Source: a virus. Taken from it: DNA of 42,664 nt. Both the position numbers and the translations under genes were made by a program. The stretch is taken from the UHGV virus genome UHGV-0036008; one strand, 5' to 3'. Below, one piece after another: positions 1 to 8,767 of the stretch (its first letter is position 1; each line of letters starts with the position of its first letter). Under the pieces are notes generated by a model. The model did no database searches. It was not told where the DNA came from and saw nothing but the letters and a program-made list of their open reading frames with translations.

Positions 1-49
1 AAGGTATACTCTCATACCGTCATGAAAATGGTTTCTATACGGATGAATT

Positions 50-1300
50 GTGCTTACCGATACAAAATTAAAAAACCTCAAGCCGCAGGACAAACTGTAC
101 AAGGTCTCCGATCGTGACGGGCTGTATGTAGCTGTGCTTACGTCAGGCACGGTCTCGTTTCGCTATGACTACCGTATCAACGGTCGCCGCGAAACACTGG
201 TAATCGGGCAGTATGGGCGTGACGGTATCAGCCTGGCAGAAGCGCGAGAAGAACTGATTGCTGCAAAGAAGCTGCTTAAAGCAGGCCAGTCACCGGCTGC
301 GGCTAAACGTGACGGTATCAAAAAGATTCGTGGTGCCGAGACGTTTGCGGTACATACCGACAGTTATATGAAACACGTCATCCTGGCTGACAGTACCCGC
401 GCAATGAAACAGGCGGTGATCGACCGTGACATACTTCCGGTTCTTGGCAACAAAATGATGGCTGAAATTACCACATCGATGGTTCGTGATTTGTGTGACC
501 GGATTGTCGAACGCGGTGGTCGGGCAACAGCAGTACAGGCCAGGGAGATCATCAGCAGCGTATACCGTCACGCCAATGACCGTGGTCATGGTTTGTTTAA
601 TCCTGCGGCTGACATTAAACCTTCGTCTATCGCCATATTTAAACCACGAGAGCGAACACTGACACCAGAAGAAATTGGCCTGTTCTTCCGCACGCTGGAT
701 GCCATTGGTGCTATGGGCACTATGAAAATGGCTTTAAAGCTGGTGCTTATCACTATGGTTCGTAAAGGCGAATTCACCAATGCAACGTGGGATGAAATAG
801 ATTTTAAAAAATGGACATGGACAATTCCTTCAGACCGCATGAAGGGAAGCCGGGCGCACGTTATTTACCTGCCTAAACAGGCACAGGATATATTGGTTGG
901 GTTGCAGATGTGCGCTGGTGGAAGTGAATATCTGGTTCCTGGTCGTTACAATTTCCGGAAGCCATTATCTAATGCCGCGCTGAACTCTCTGATCGACAGA
1001 ACGGTGAAAATAATAAATGAAGATGGTGAGCATATTCAGGGCTTCACCGTACACGATATGCGCCGTACAGCCAGTACGTTGTTGCATGAGGCTGGTTATC
1101 CTTCAGACTGGATTGAAAAGGCTCTGGCACATGAGCAGAAAGGTGTGCGCGCCGTATATAACAAAGCGGAATACGCCAGACAGCGCGCCTACATGTTGCA
1201 GCAGTGGGCCGATATGATTGATTCCTGGATTAACGGGGAGCATACGGATCTGATTCCGTTCTCCCCGTCGAAGTTTGAGAAGTGGATGGCGGGGGAATAA
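50..1300 (+). CDS. int: Tyrosine integrase, P4/CP4-57-like family
   Basis: 416-aa ORF with GTG start; N-terminal MLTDTKLKNLKP..GLYVAV and C-terminal HDMRRTASTLLHE..GVRAVYN motifs typical of P4-type integrases; paralog of ORF 41412..42614. Confidence 0.85.
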   Translation: MLTDTKLKNLKPQDKLYKVSDRDGLYVAVLTSGTVSFRYDYRINGRRETLVIGQYGRDGISLAEAREELIAAKKLLKAGQSPAAAKRDGIKKIRGAETFAVHTDSYMKHVILADSTRAMKQAVIDRDILPVLGNKMMAEITTSMVRDLCDRIVERGGRATAVQAREIISSVYRHANDRGHGLFNPAADIKPSSIAIFKPRERTLTPEEIGLFFRTLDAIGAMGTMKMALKLVLITMVRKGEFTNATWDEIDFKKWTWTIPSDRMKGSRAHVIYLPKQAQDILVGLQMCAGGSEYLVPGRYNFRKPLSNAALNSLIDRTVKIINEDGEHIQGFTVHDMRRTASTLLHEAGYPSDWIEKALAHEQKGVRAVYNKAEYARQRAYMLQQWADMIDSWINGEHTDLIPFSPSKFEKWMAGE

Positions 1301-1308
1301 TTTTGCCC

Positions 1309-1571
1309 GGCACATCCCTGTGCCGCTGTTCTGTCAGAAGAACCCTGCCTTGTCGTTGATGTACTCCGCGTGGGTCTGGATATCACGCAGACATTTGCTC
1401 ACACCGACGATGTAGCAGAACATGGTGGTCAGCTCCGCCGCCGCACCCGATACGTCGTGCCCGTCTTCCTGTAACTGGTTCAGCAGATTCATCAGCAGTG
1501 AGTTCTCCGTCAGGCCGAGAACACCAGACGGCGAATGAATCAGGCTGCGGTAGCCGGGCTTCAGCGGGGCA
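1309..1571. repeat. Copy A of a roughly 260-bp direct repeat (about 95% identical to 33423..33690)
   Basis: Hand alignment: shared hairpin GGCACATCCCTGTGCC followed by the 3' end of an antirepressor-like gene. Confidence 0.8.
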
Positions 1572-2053
1572 CTGTATTCTTTTTTGTCTTCCAGCTTGAT
1601 CGCCTCCATAATGGCGGGCATGAATTTTTCAATTACCTGAGAGGCCTTAGATAAATCAGTTCCACCTGAGAGACGAACATCTCCACTGAGATTTGCGGGT
1701 TTTCTGTCGAAGTAGCAGTCTTCCAGTTTTTCGAACACTTCCCACGCCTGATCGGTTTCCAGCATTTTGGCATGGCGGGCTGCTCCGCGTTCTGTCCAGA
1801 GGATGAGGGAGCGAGTTTTGGGGGATACTGGATTTTGTGAGTTACTTAAAGTAACCCGTAAATTTTTCAGCTCATCGCCAACAACTTTGAAAAAGTGTTT
1901 TCCACAAACAAAGCGATCGGCATTGCGCGAATGGTTCACTTTGATGTTATTAGTGTCAGTGCTGTAAAGTCGCGCCAGTAGTTCGGTAGTGATGACGGGG
2001 ATGTGGTTATAGGTAATTGGGGAAAGAGATTCAACAGAAATTTGAGTAGCCAT
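1334..2053 (-). CDS. Antirepressor-like protein (ORF6N/Rha-type N-terminal domain fused to a shared C-terminal domain)
   Basis: N-terminus VITTELLARLY..NHSRNADRFVCGKHFF..LWTERGA pattern of phage ORF6N/Rha regulators; C-terminal 85 aa nearly identical to C-terminus of ORF 33447..34157. Confidence 0.55.
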   Translation of the reverse strand: MATQISVESLSPITYNHIPVITTELLARLYSTDTNNIKVNHSRNADRFVCGKHFFKVVGDELKNLRVTLSNSQNPVSPKTRSLILWTERGAARHAKMLETDQAWEVFEKLEDCYFDRKPANLSGDVRLSGGTDLSKASQVIEKFMPAIMEAIKLEDKKEYSAPLKPGYRSLIHSPSGVLGLTENSLLMNLLNQLQEDGHDVSGAAAELTTMFCYIVGVSKCLRDIQTHAEYINDKAGFF

Positions 2054-2202
2054 GGTTTTATGTCCTTTCGATTCGTTCAGATTACCCTGTGTTCAGCAGG
2101 GCGGTCAGGTACTTGAACACCGTCGAAAGTTCGGCCCGCATCCTTAGCCTTGCGGCTGTTTTTCGGTATACGCGCTACCCGACCATATCTGAAAAATGGA
2201 CA

Positions 2203-2232
2203 TAAAAAAGCCGCATGACTGACGGGTGCGGT
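2203..2232 (-). terminator. Rho-independent terminator (minus strand)
   Basis: Hairpin CCGCA(N11)TGCGG followed by a U-run on the minus strand, just downstream of ORF 2302..2547. Confidence 0.45.
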
Positions 2233-2301
2233 TTCCGCTTTCGAAGGTGTGTTCAGCACCATGAAGCGGAATATAGACCCGTTAATGCGGCGTTGTCAAT
2301 T

Positions 2302-2547
2302 TCAGGCTTCGTTTTCCAAGTTTATCCCCATTTTTTTGGCAAGACGACGCTGGTTTCTGGATAGGGGCATCGCCACCTTGTCATTGCCTATGTATTTGCT
2401 ATTTCTCATGTTACTAAGGTATGTGTTTACCTCTTCTTCACATGAGCTACCGTCACCATAACGGCCATACCGATGGTGCGCTTCTGCGGCAGTCATCCCG
2501 CCACCAATACTTTGTTTGGTTTTACGATTTCCGCTCTTTTTTGCCAT
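2302..2547 (-). CDS. Hypothetical small basic protein
   Basis: 81-aa ORF followed by an intrinsic terminator; weak RBS. Confidence 0.35.
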   Translation of the reverse strand: MAKKSGNRKTKQSIGGGMTAAEAHHRYGRYGDGSSCEEEVNTYLSNMRNSKYIGNDKVAMPLSRNQRRLAKKMGINLENEA

Positions 2548-2689
2548 CTGCTTACATACTCCATTCTTTCATTTCATGGACTAGCTATAGATATTCCTCT
2601 TGATGCGGCATTGTCAAATCATGCGGCACTGAGTCCGGCAATCTCTGCAATACCAATAGCGAGATAATCGCGATTCGTCAGGCGTGATT

Positions 2690-2965
2690 TTATTGCATAT
2701 GTTTTAGCTCCACTGAAGTTTTGATTTTATATGGGTTGCCTTTTACCTCAATAACACGATGAGGATCATTTTTTAGCTCTTCCGTAATCTTCCGTAATTT
2801 TCTAACAGCTGAACTGCGGTGTTTATAGCGGTAAGTTACAGTTTCTTTTCTCTGCAATACCTCATCATTGCAGTACTTAGTCAAAACCATGACGACTTCA
2901 AACCTGACGCCGTTGTGTGCAACCATGTTCATATGAACACAGTTGAATTTGCTAATCTGCTTCAT
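2690..2965 (-). CDS. Hypothetical protein, translationally coupled to the methyltransferase gene
   Basis: 91 aa from the internal Met of track ORF 2690..3085; ATG overlaps the upstream stop as ATGA. Confidence 0.4.
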   Translation of the reverse strand: MKQISKFNCVHMNMVAHNGVRFEVVMVLTKYCNDEVLQRKETVTYRYKHRSSAVRKLRKITEELKNDPHRVIEVKGNPYKIKTSVELKHMQ

Positions 2966-3612
2966 GCTGCACGTTCCCGCCCCTGGTTGTCTGTTGGTGA
3001 CAGCGGAGCATTGCTGAATGCATTTGTTAATCCGCCAATATCCAACGCGTATCCAGGGTGTAGTTGCACTGCCGGGTCTTCGCACTGATTACCCCAAACA
3101 TCGAAGCCATGAGACGTCTGGCGGGCGAACAGTTCAATGCGAGAAACATCGCCTAATAATTGCACAAGTTTTTCACGAACGATATCTGGCTTTCTTGAAT
3201 GCTCAAGCCGCGGTGCGGTAAATGACTGAACGATCCCTGCATTAATGCGCGTAGGTAGTTTTCCCTTTACCGCAAACAGGCAATCTTCACTATTGGCGCG
3301 AGTCATGTGTCCCATACCCATAACCAGTTTATCTGGTTGTCGACTACCACATTTTATCCACGTGAAGCCCTTCATGGTCATCAGACGGAATCCCCAGGCT
3401 TCAACAACTTTTAGCGCTTCGAGTGGTTGTGTTGGCACCCACCACATGGCCAACAGACAGTTTTCATCGGCCAAATCCCACACAGGAAGGCGGCAGATAT
3501 CCATCACACTCATAACCGGATATTTAAAACTGGCACCGCGATTACCATCTGCGGCTTTGTCCCGGTATACCCAGGGTGGATCTGCATAGATTAGTGTGTA
3601 TTTCTTAGTCAT
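2962..3612 (-). CDS. DNA N6-adenine methyltransferase, MT-A70/Dam-like (orphan)
   Basis: N-terminal TLIYADPPW motif (DPPW catalytic motif); no adjacent restriction endonuclease gene seen. Confidence 0.75.
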   Translation of the reverse strand: MTKKYTLIYADPPWVYRDKAADGNRGASFKYPVMSVMDICRLPVWDLADENCLLAMWWVPTQPLEALKVVEAWGFRLMTMKGFTWIKCGSRQPDKLVMGMGHMTRANSEDCLFAVKGKLPTRINAGIVQSFTAPRLEHSRKPDIVREKLVQLLGDVSRIELFARQTSHGFDVWGNQCEDPAVQLHPGYALDIGGLTNAFSNAPLSPTDNQGRERAA

Positions 3613-3856
3613 AAACCACCCCACAACATCCTATGCCGCTATAGTCGCCACGGCGAAGGCCGTTACCTTTTGTGATACATTGGTCCCTGCGAACCGCGAT
3701 CCTTGCACGTTCAACATCACCAGAAGCAACATCCATACACTGAAGCCAAAGGTGAGCGGCAATGCGGAATTGCCCTTTTTTCTCTCTTTCAATCGCGCGT
3801 TTTTCGATCTCTATCGCCGCAGGAGTAACGGCGACAATCTTTGACGGACTGCGCAT
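3605..3856 (-). CDS. Hypothetical protein
   Basis: Start chosen at internal ATG with AAGG RBS; overlaps methyltransferase start by 8 nt. Confidence 0.3.
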   Translation of the reverse strand: MRSPSKIVAVTPAAIEIEKRAIEREKKGQFRIAAHLWLQCMDVASGDVERARIAVRRDQCITKGNGLRRGDYSGIGCCGVVYD

Positions 3857-4013
3857 TGAAACCTTATTCATGTGATATTTTTCAAGTCGGCTTAACTTTC
3901 TCACTTAATCCAACCCTCTCTGAAAATTAATGCCAGCAGATAAAGCCATGCTGAAACAGAGGCCAGGAATAAGTACCATCCTGACCATTTGCTCCAGTGC
4001 CTTAGCAGCGCAC

Positions 4014-4262
4014 TCATGCAGCGTTGCTCACGGGACGATATACACGTTGCTGAACAGGAGGTTTTTTACCCTGGAACTCTGCCGGGCTTGCTGCCTGACG
4101 TTCATCAAGCCAACGCTCAACTTCGTCACGGTTCCATGCGCAGCGTTTGTCAGTGATATACCAGCGTTTAGGAAATTCCCCTGCGCGCTCCATACGGTCG
4201 ATAGTGCTCCATGACAGTGGCACCACCGCCAGGAGTTCCTTCTTACCTAATGCACCTTTCAT
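4014..4262 (-). CDS. AlpA-family excisionase / transcriptional regulator
   Basis: 82 aa; LLAVVPLSWSTIDRMERAGEFPK...AWNRDEVERWL matches AlpA/Xis winged-helix pattern; strong RBS AGAGAGGT. Confidence 0.7.
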   Translation of the reverse strand: MKGALGKKELLAVVPLSWSTIDRMERAGEFPKRWYITDKRCAWNRDEVERWLDERQAASPAEFQGKKPPVQQRVYRPVSNAA

Positions 4263-4311
4263 AAATACCTCTCTTGGTTGCAGTGCGGCGCGTGTGGCGC
4301 CGCGGTGGTGG

Positions 4312-5193
4312 TTACATAGATGTTTCGTTTAATTCTTCCCGACGAACGCTGTAAACGTCGGTGGCTTTTGCCAGCAGTTCGTCATCATCTGAAAGTTTTT
4401 GTGCAATGTATTTGTAAGCCTTATCCAGTTCGGAGACAGTGCTGTAATTCATCGCTGCGCTGGTAAAGGCCATCAGCATTTCTTCTGGATCACGGCTATC
4501 CGCTTTACGAGTTTGCTCATCAGGCTTTTTCACTGGTTTAGCGTTGATCAGACTGTTCATTCCCGCAGCAGTAGTTGTTTGCGGAGTAATGTCTCGCTCA
4601 ACGCGCGGTGCCGTTTCCTGTAATTCGTCAGGGGTGTAAACACCGAGAAGCACATCAGGAGCGTGCAGGCGAGCCCATCGTTTCGTGCAAAGATAGGCAA
4701 GCTGCTGGCGCGGATCCTGTTCCCACAATGGAGAGTTACGCACTCCGGCTTGCGCCATACTGATGGTAAGCTCACGGGGGTCTGCTTCTCCTTTAAGAAC
4801 TGCTGACACAGTTACCGTCAGATTCGGTGATTTATCTGTTTTGCCGTTAACATTCGACCAGTCACCGCTCCAGCGATAATTCAGGCGTGTCGCCAGCAGG
4901 CTGGAAGAGGATACGACCGCGTTTACCAACTGTGCTTCGTAGCCTAACGTTCCGTTTACCACATGCGTTTTCTGCGCCACGGCGAAAGGGTTCATTCCCC
5001 ACTGTGCCGCCTGCATGGTCACCGCCAGACAATCGGCAGGTTTGCCTTCAAGATGTTTCGGTACAGTCGCTTTGCTTTGTGACATCAACTCCGCGAAACG
5101 CACCAGTTGATTCATGCCCTCCGGGCTGAAGATTGCCGCAGCAGTACCTACAGTTGCGCCTGGTTGTGATGTGATTGCGATATCATTGCTCAT
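4312..5193 (-). CDS. Single-strand annealing recombinase (RecT/Red-beta-like)
   Basis: 293 aa; ...RVERDITPQ segment resembles lambda Bet; gene order and translational coupling with upstream exonuclease gene. Confidence 0.6.
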   Translation of the reverse strand: MSNDIAITSQPGATVGTAAAIFSPEGMNQLVRFAELMSQSKATVPKHLEGKPADCLAVTMQAAQWGMNPFAVAQKTHVVNGTLGYEAQLVNAVVSSSSLLATRLNYRWSGDWSNVNGKTDKSPNLTVTVSAVLKGEADPRELTISMAQAGVRNSPLWEQDPRQQLAYLCTKRWARLHAPDVLLGVYTPDELQETAPRVERDITPQTTTAAGMNSLINAKPVKKPDEQTRKADSRDPEEMLMAFTSAAMNYSTVSELDKAYKYIAQKLSDDDELLAKATDVYSVRREELNETSM

Positions 5194-6011
5194 ACGTACA
5201 TATCCTGTTTACGTGCCCAGTCAGGGCGTTTAATAATTTCCACGCCGCCCCATTCATCATTGATGCGGCATTCGTGATAGGTATTCAGATCCCGGCGGAA
5301 CAGAGCGTGCCCGGCATCGACATCCGGCGCATCCAGCGCGAACATGCGTACCGGATACCGACCACAATCAATGCTTTCGCTCACGGCAAGAAAGAAAAAA
5401 CCATGCGACTGACCAGTAACCCTCATCGCTCCTTCGCGGTACATTGCGTCCTGCACGTGGTAGCGGAATTCCTCGATGTGGCGTGCAAAACGATCCATAT
5501 CTGCAACCTTTTTCACGTCGACGATCACGTTGTGCTCGTTCAGCCATTTGTCTGGACGAATGCGGCACAACTCACCAGTCTCTTCATCGTTCCAGTACAT
5601 TGATGCTTCGCAGTAACCAGGAGCTTCCAACATCCAGCGTGCCGCCGGGTGAGCCATTGCGCTATCACGCATCAGCTCCAGTTTCCGCCACTGCTCGGCA
5701 TCAAGTACCGTAATCCCCATATCCGCCACATCACGAAGAAATGCCTCTTCGTCAGCTTTACCTTGTTTCGTCCGACGATCGAATTTCGGTGAAACAATGA
5801 AGCGTTTGTCGAACTCTCCAGGCTCCAGAAGCAGACAGTGCAATGCGGTTCCCATATCCAGTGCAGACTTTTTCTCTTCGTCTTCTGGTGCTGCCTGAAC
5901 CCATTTAAGAAGCGCCGGATTCTTGGCAACCATGTCCAGTTGCGACTTACTCACGCCGTCACCGGCGTGGTAGTCTTCGTTGCTGATGTCGAAATAAATT
6001 CCCGGTTTCAT
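5190..6011 (-). CDS. RecE-like PD-(D/E)xK exonuclease
   Basis: 273 aa; N-terminal GIYFDISNEDYHAG..SKSQL signature of RecE C-terminal nuclease-like domain; overlaps downstream recombinase gene by 4 nt. Confidence 0.65.
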   Translation of the reverse strand: MKPGIYFDISNEDYHAGDGVSKSQLDMVAKNPALLKWVQAAPEDEEKKSALDMGTALHCLLLEPGEFDKRFIVSPKFDRRTKQGKADEEAFLRDVADMGITVLDAEQWRKLELMRDSAMAHPAARWMLEAPGYCEASMYWNDEETGELCRIRPDKWLNEHNVIVDVKKVADMDRFARHIEEFRYHVQDAMYREGAMRVTGQSHGFFFLAVSESIDCGRYPVRMFALDAPDVDAGHALFRRDLNTYHECRINDEWGGVEIIKRPDWARKQDMYV

Positions 6012-6307
6012 GCCGCGTCCCTCTGTCCATCAAGCTGATCCGCCAGATCCCAGCGCGCTATAATTGCCATTGCCTCGCGCCGGTAGGCATCCATCAGTTC
6101 TTCGAACTCAGGGCTGTCTTTAGCAGCCTCCAGCACTTCCTGACGAACACCTTTGCCTGTTACAACGTCGAAAGTTGAGGACAGTTGATGAAGTCGGATG
6201 CTCTCAATCAGTTCAACTTGTCGGTCATATAGCTGTTCTGACAGGCGGTAGTCCTTGTCGAATGCCAGCATGATTTTTTGAAGATTTTTCTGCTGATTAA
6301 CGTTCAT
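6008..6307 (-). CDS. Hypothetical protein, possible Gam-like nuclease inhibitor
   Basis: 99 aa from second Met with GGGAGGG RBS; weak resemblance (DSPEFEELMDAYRREAMAIIA) to lambda Gam C-terminus; position upstream of exo/recT. Confidence 0.4.
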   Translation of the reverse strand: MNVNQQKNLQKIMLAFDKDYRLSEQLYDRQVELIESIRLHQLSSTFDVVTGKGVRQEVLEAAKDSPEFEELMDAYRREAMAIIARWDLADQLDGQRDAA

Positions 6308-6309
6308 TA

Positions 6310-6462
6310 TCAGCCCTCCCATATCTCGTTATCGTTGGCCACATCGCGAGCTTCTTTGCTGACGAAAGCCCACTTAATGCCTTCCTGTAAGGTGCGGAAC
6401 TTCCAGCTCATGAATCCGCATGCAGTAACGCAGTACCAACCGTTGATGATTTTCCACTGCAT
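6310..6462 (-). CDS. Hypothetical 50-aa protein, first gene of leftward early operon
   Basis: Not in ORF track (below 60 aa); ATG with GAGG RBS, stop overlaps next gene start; hand-translated MQWKIINGWYCVTACGF... Confidence 0.3.
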   Translation of the reverse strand: MQWKIINGWYCVTACGFMSWKFRTLQEGIKWAFVSKEARDVANDNEIWEG

Positions 6463-6468
6463 AACTTG

Positions 6469-6559
6469 TTACCTCGGTCTGTTACCGTTGAGGTAATAAT
6501 TATGCGTATTTGGTTTGATGTCAATAGATATGAGTTAAAAAAATTACCCATCAGGTAAT
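6469..6559. promoter_or_regulatory. OL-like operator cluster: TTACC half-site plus two ATTACC-N5-GGTAAT palindromes
   Basis: Sites at about 6482..6497 and 6543..6559 between repressor terminator and leftward early operon. Confidence 0.6.
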
Positions 6560-6571
6560 AGTATAGGCAAT

Positions 6572-6594
6572 AAAAAAGCCGCCAGAAGGCGGCT
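6572..6594 (-). terminator. Rho-independent terminator of repressor gene
   Basis: GCCGCCAGAAGGCGGC hairpin followed by U6 on minus strand, 20 nt after repressor stop. Confidence 0.6.
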
Positions 6595-6615
6595 TACTTA
6601 CTGAAAAGTATGATT

Positions 6616-7200
6616 TTATTGTTTGTTTTTTTCGTTCTGGTTGATGACAAATTCAATGTAACTTTCGATCTTTGCTTTCTCGGTTTCGGGTAACAATGCG
6701 TAGCGCGAGCGGTCATAGTTGATGGTCGCAGGGTCGTGCGGGTGAATCAGTAATTCATAGCCGTGACGCCCGAATGCGGATGCAACATTCTCCAGGGTGG
6801 AAATGGAAACGCTGACCTCATTGTTTAACAGGCGACTGATTGTCACCTGGGCGACGCCGGATGCGCGGTGAAGTTTTCCCTGCGTTGAAAGGTCGCGGCT
6901 TTCGCTCATCCAGCGTTCCAGGTTGTGAGCCGCCAGCTGACCAATGTCGCTTGGGCCGACAGGCTGAAAACCTTCCTGAGAAAGCGAGCGATCGATATCA
7001 AGCCAGTTACGGGGTTTATTGGCGGCAGCTTCAATTTTTCGCGCAACCTGGTCGCCGATAACCTTCTTGCCAAGAGCCCAGCGGTTTACCAGATTTGCCT
7101 GAGTTCCAAGTTTTTCTGCCATCCGCGTCTGAACACCATTGAATTCACGGTCGATCAAGTCGTTGAGATTTTGCCTGCGGACGTCCTGGATACTTTTCAT
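6616..7200 (-). CDS. Prophage repressor, tandem XRE-type HTH, no S24 peptidase domain
   Basis: 194 aa; two HTH-like segments (QTRMAEKLGTQANLVNRW and ASGVAQVTISRLLNNEVS); sits between OL- and OR-like operator clusters, divergent from cro-like gene. Confidence 0.6.
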   Translation of the reverse strand: MKSIQDVRRQNLNDLIDREFNGVQTRMAEKLGTQANLVNRWALGKKVIGDQVARKIEAAANKPRNWLDIDRSLSQEGFQPVGPSDIGQLAAHNLERWMSESRDLSTQGKLHRASGVAQVTISRLLNNEVSVSISTLENVASAFGRHGYELLIHPHDPATINYDRSRYALLPETEKAKIESYIEFVINQNEKNKQ

Positions 7201-7254
7201 TTTCTGGAAAATCGCCTCATATATGAATCAGTAGATGATTCAATTTAAAGCAAT

Positions 7255-7319
7255 ATTACCCAACAGGTAAATGCACCTCATAGGTAACTATCCTTGATTT
7301 TTGTTACCTTATGGGTGAA
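7255..7319. promoter_or_regulatory. OR-like operator cluster in repressor/cro divergent region
   Basis: ATTACCcaacaGGTAAA at about 7255..7271 and degenerate TTACCttatgGGTGAA at about 7304..7319. Confidence 0.6.
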
Positions 7320-7354
7320 TATTTATTATCTGAAATAAATATCAGGCAATAGCT

Positions 7355-7585
7355 ATGAGCGATAACGGACATTTCGATTTCAAAAAGCACTGGCTTGCAC
7401 TTACTCCGGATGAGCGTGAAGCCTTCGCACAGGAAGCCGGAACGACGAGTCACTATATCCAGACTCACTTAACAGGTAAGCGCAAAATGCCAGGTAAAGT
7501 ATTGATGAATGGGCTTTTTAAAGCCTGTAAAACAAGACAATGGCTGCGCTCAAAAGCAGAACTGGCATACTTCTTCTACTCATGA
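7355..7585 (+). CDS. Cro-like HTH regulator
   Basis: 76-aa ORF divergent from repressor; LTPDEREAFAQEAGTTSHYIQTHLTGKRKMP resembles Cro/YdaS-type HTH. Confidence 0.5.
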   Translation: MSDNGHFDFKKHWLALTPDEREAFAQEAGTTSHYIQTHLTGKRKMPGKVLMNGLFKACKTRQWLRSKAELAYFFYS

Positions 7586-7606
7586 TATCCAGCTACAACC
7601 CTCTGT

Positions 7607-7631
7607 AGACCGCCACCCGGCGGTCTTTTCA
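7607..7631 (+). terminator. Rho-independent terminator after cro-like gene
   Basis: AGACCGCCACCCGGCGGTCT hairpin followed by TTTTC. Confidence 0.55.
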
Positions 7632-7735
7632 TATCTATTCGTACCTCAAAGGTAATAAATAACCAAATCTGGTTGATCTTTTTTTTGTGTCAGCACAAAA
7701 TGACCGTAATCCCAATACTAATAACAGGGCTTACC

Positions 7736-7936
7736 ATGGAAATCATTACACGTATTGATGCCGCAAAGCGCGGACTTAAACGCTACTACACCGGAAAACC
7801 ATGTAAGCATGGACATGACAGTGAACGCTGGGTTTACAACGGACACTGTGTTGAGTGCACCATGGAATCAAACCGTCGCATCAGGGCAGAGATTAAGCAG
7901 ATCATGATTAATTCCTCCCCACAACACTCAAGCTGA
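7736..7936 (+). CDS. Hypothetical small Cys/His-rich protein (possible zinc finger)
   Basis: 66 aa from internal ATG; GKPCKHGH...NGHCVEC motif; start uncertain (TTG at 7673 or ATG at 7700 also possible). Confidence 0.3.
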   Translation: MEIITRIDAAKRGLKRYYTGKPCKHGHDSERWVYNGHCVECTMESNRRIRAEIKQIMINSSPQHSS

Positions 7937-7951
7937 TAGCGGAGATTAATC

Positions 7952-8767
7952 ATGAGCAGACATGCAACAGATTGGGCCTGGGAGACAGATCCAGGTAGCT
8001 CATCATTAAAGCTCATACTGCTCTCGATGGCTGACAGAGCCGATGAATATAACCTCTGCTACCCCAGCATAGAACGCCTCGTTAAAGACACTTGCCTGAA
8101 TAAAAAAACCGTGCAGGCCGGGCTTATATCGCTCATGAAAATGGGGCTTATTTCAGATACCGGAGAGAGAAAGGGAGCGACAAAAAGAGTGCGGGTTTTC
8201 TCTCTTAATATAACCAAAAACGGGAACATTAAAGGCAACCGGGAGGGGGGCAATGAACCCGAAAACGGTAATGTTACCGAAAACGGGAATATACCCAAAA
8301 ACGGGATGTTGAATGATCCCAAAAACGGGATGTTGAATGATCCCAAAAACGGGATCCAGAACCAGTCATATAACCAGTCATTTAACCAAGAGAGGGAGAG
8401 CAGGACAAAAACCGGGGATTCTGTGCCTCATGACCCCGTCGCAAACAACGCCGTGATGAATAACTTTGTTCCTCCTGGTGGGCCAGGGCAATTAGGTAAA
8501 TTTGTCATGCATGAACAATGGCAGCCATCAGATGACTTTCTTCGGAAAAGCTCATTGCAGGGAATCTACCTGGACAGTCTGCCAACGGCACAGGAACTTG
8601 CAGAGTTCAGAATTTACTGGATGGCTGAGGGTAAGGCATACCATCAGGCACAGTGGGAGCAGAAGCTGGCAAGGAGGCTGCAGATTAGCAGACAGAAGCA
8701 ATCAACATTACCTGATAACAACGTTCCGCACTGGAACAGCCCTGAAGCATGGGAGGATTTCTTGTGA
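7952..8767 (+). CDS. Replication initiation protein (O-like; N-terminal winged helix, C-terminal DnaT-like domain)
   Basis: 271 aa; N-terminal LKLILLSMADRADEYNLCYPSIERL pattern; internal PKNGMLND peptide repeats encoded by iterons; precedes lambda-P homolog. Confidence 0.6.
   Translation: MSRHATDWAWETDPGSSSLKLILLSMADRADEYNLCYPSIERLVKDTCLNKKTVQAGLISLMKMGLISDTGERKGATKRVRVFSLNITKNGNIKGNREGGNEPENGNVTENGNIPKNGMLNDPKNGMLNDPKNGIQNQSYNQSFNQERESRTKTGDSVPHDPVANNAVMNNFVPPGGPGQLGKFVMHEQWQPSDDFLRKSSLQGIYLDSLPTAQELAEFRIYWMAEGKAYHQAQWEQKLARRLQISRQKQSTLPDNNVPHWNSPEAWEDFL
8222..8395. repeat. Iteron array inside replication gene (probable ori): AAAACGG(G/T)A units, two exact 24-bp repeats CCCAAAAACGGGATGTTGAATGAT, then AACCAGTCAT x2
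   Basis: Read directly from sequence 8222..8395. Confidence 0.55.

Noticed and set aside
1-49. attL/attR direct repeat between the left end and the 41180..41411 junction
   Set aside because: Only a short inverted, not direct, similarity (TGACGGTAT) found by eye; too little left-flank sequence to call att sites.
2054-2200. LexA (SOS) boxes upstream of the antirepressor genes (also 34158..34520)
   Set aside because: CTGT-containing sequences were seen, but none fits CTGT-N8-ACAG spacing; no call without a PWM scan.
8222-8395. Possible CRISPR array (tandem repeats)
   Set aside because: Repeats are short, unevenly spaced, lie in-frame inside the replication gene and lack spacers; they are iterons. 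No CRISPR array or cas gene is present in the window.
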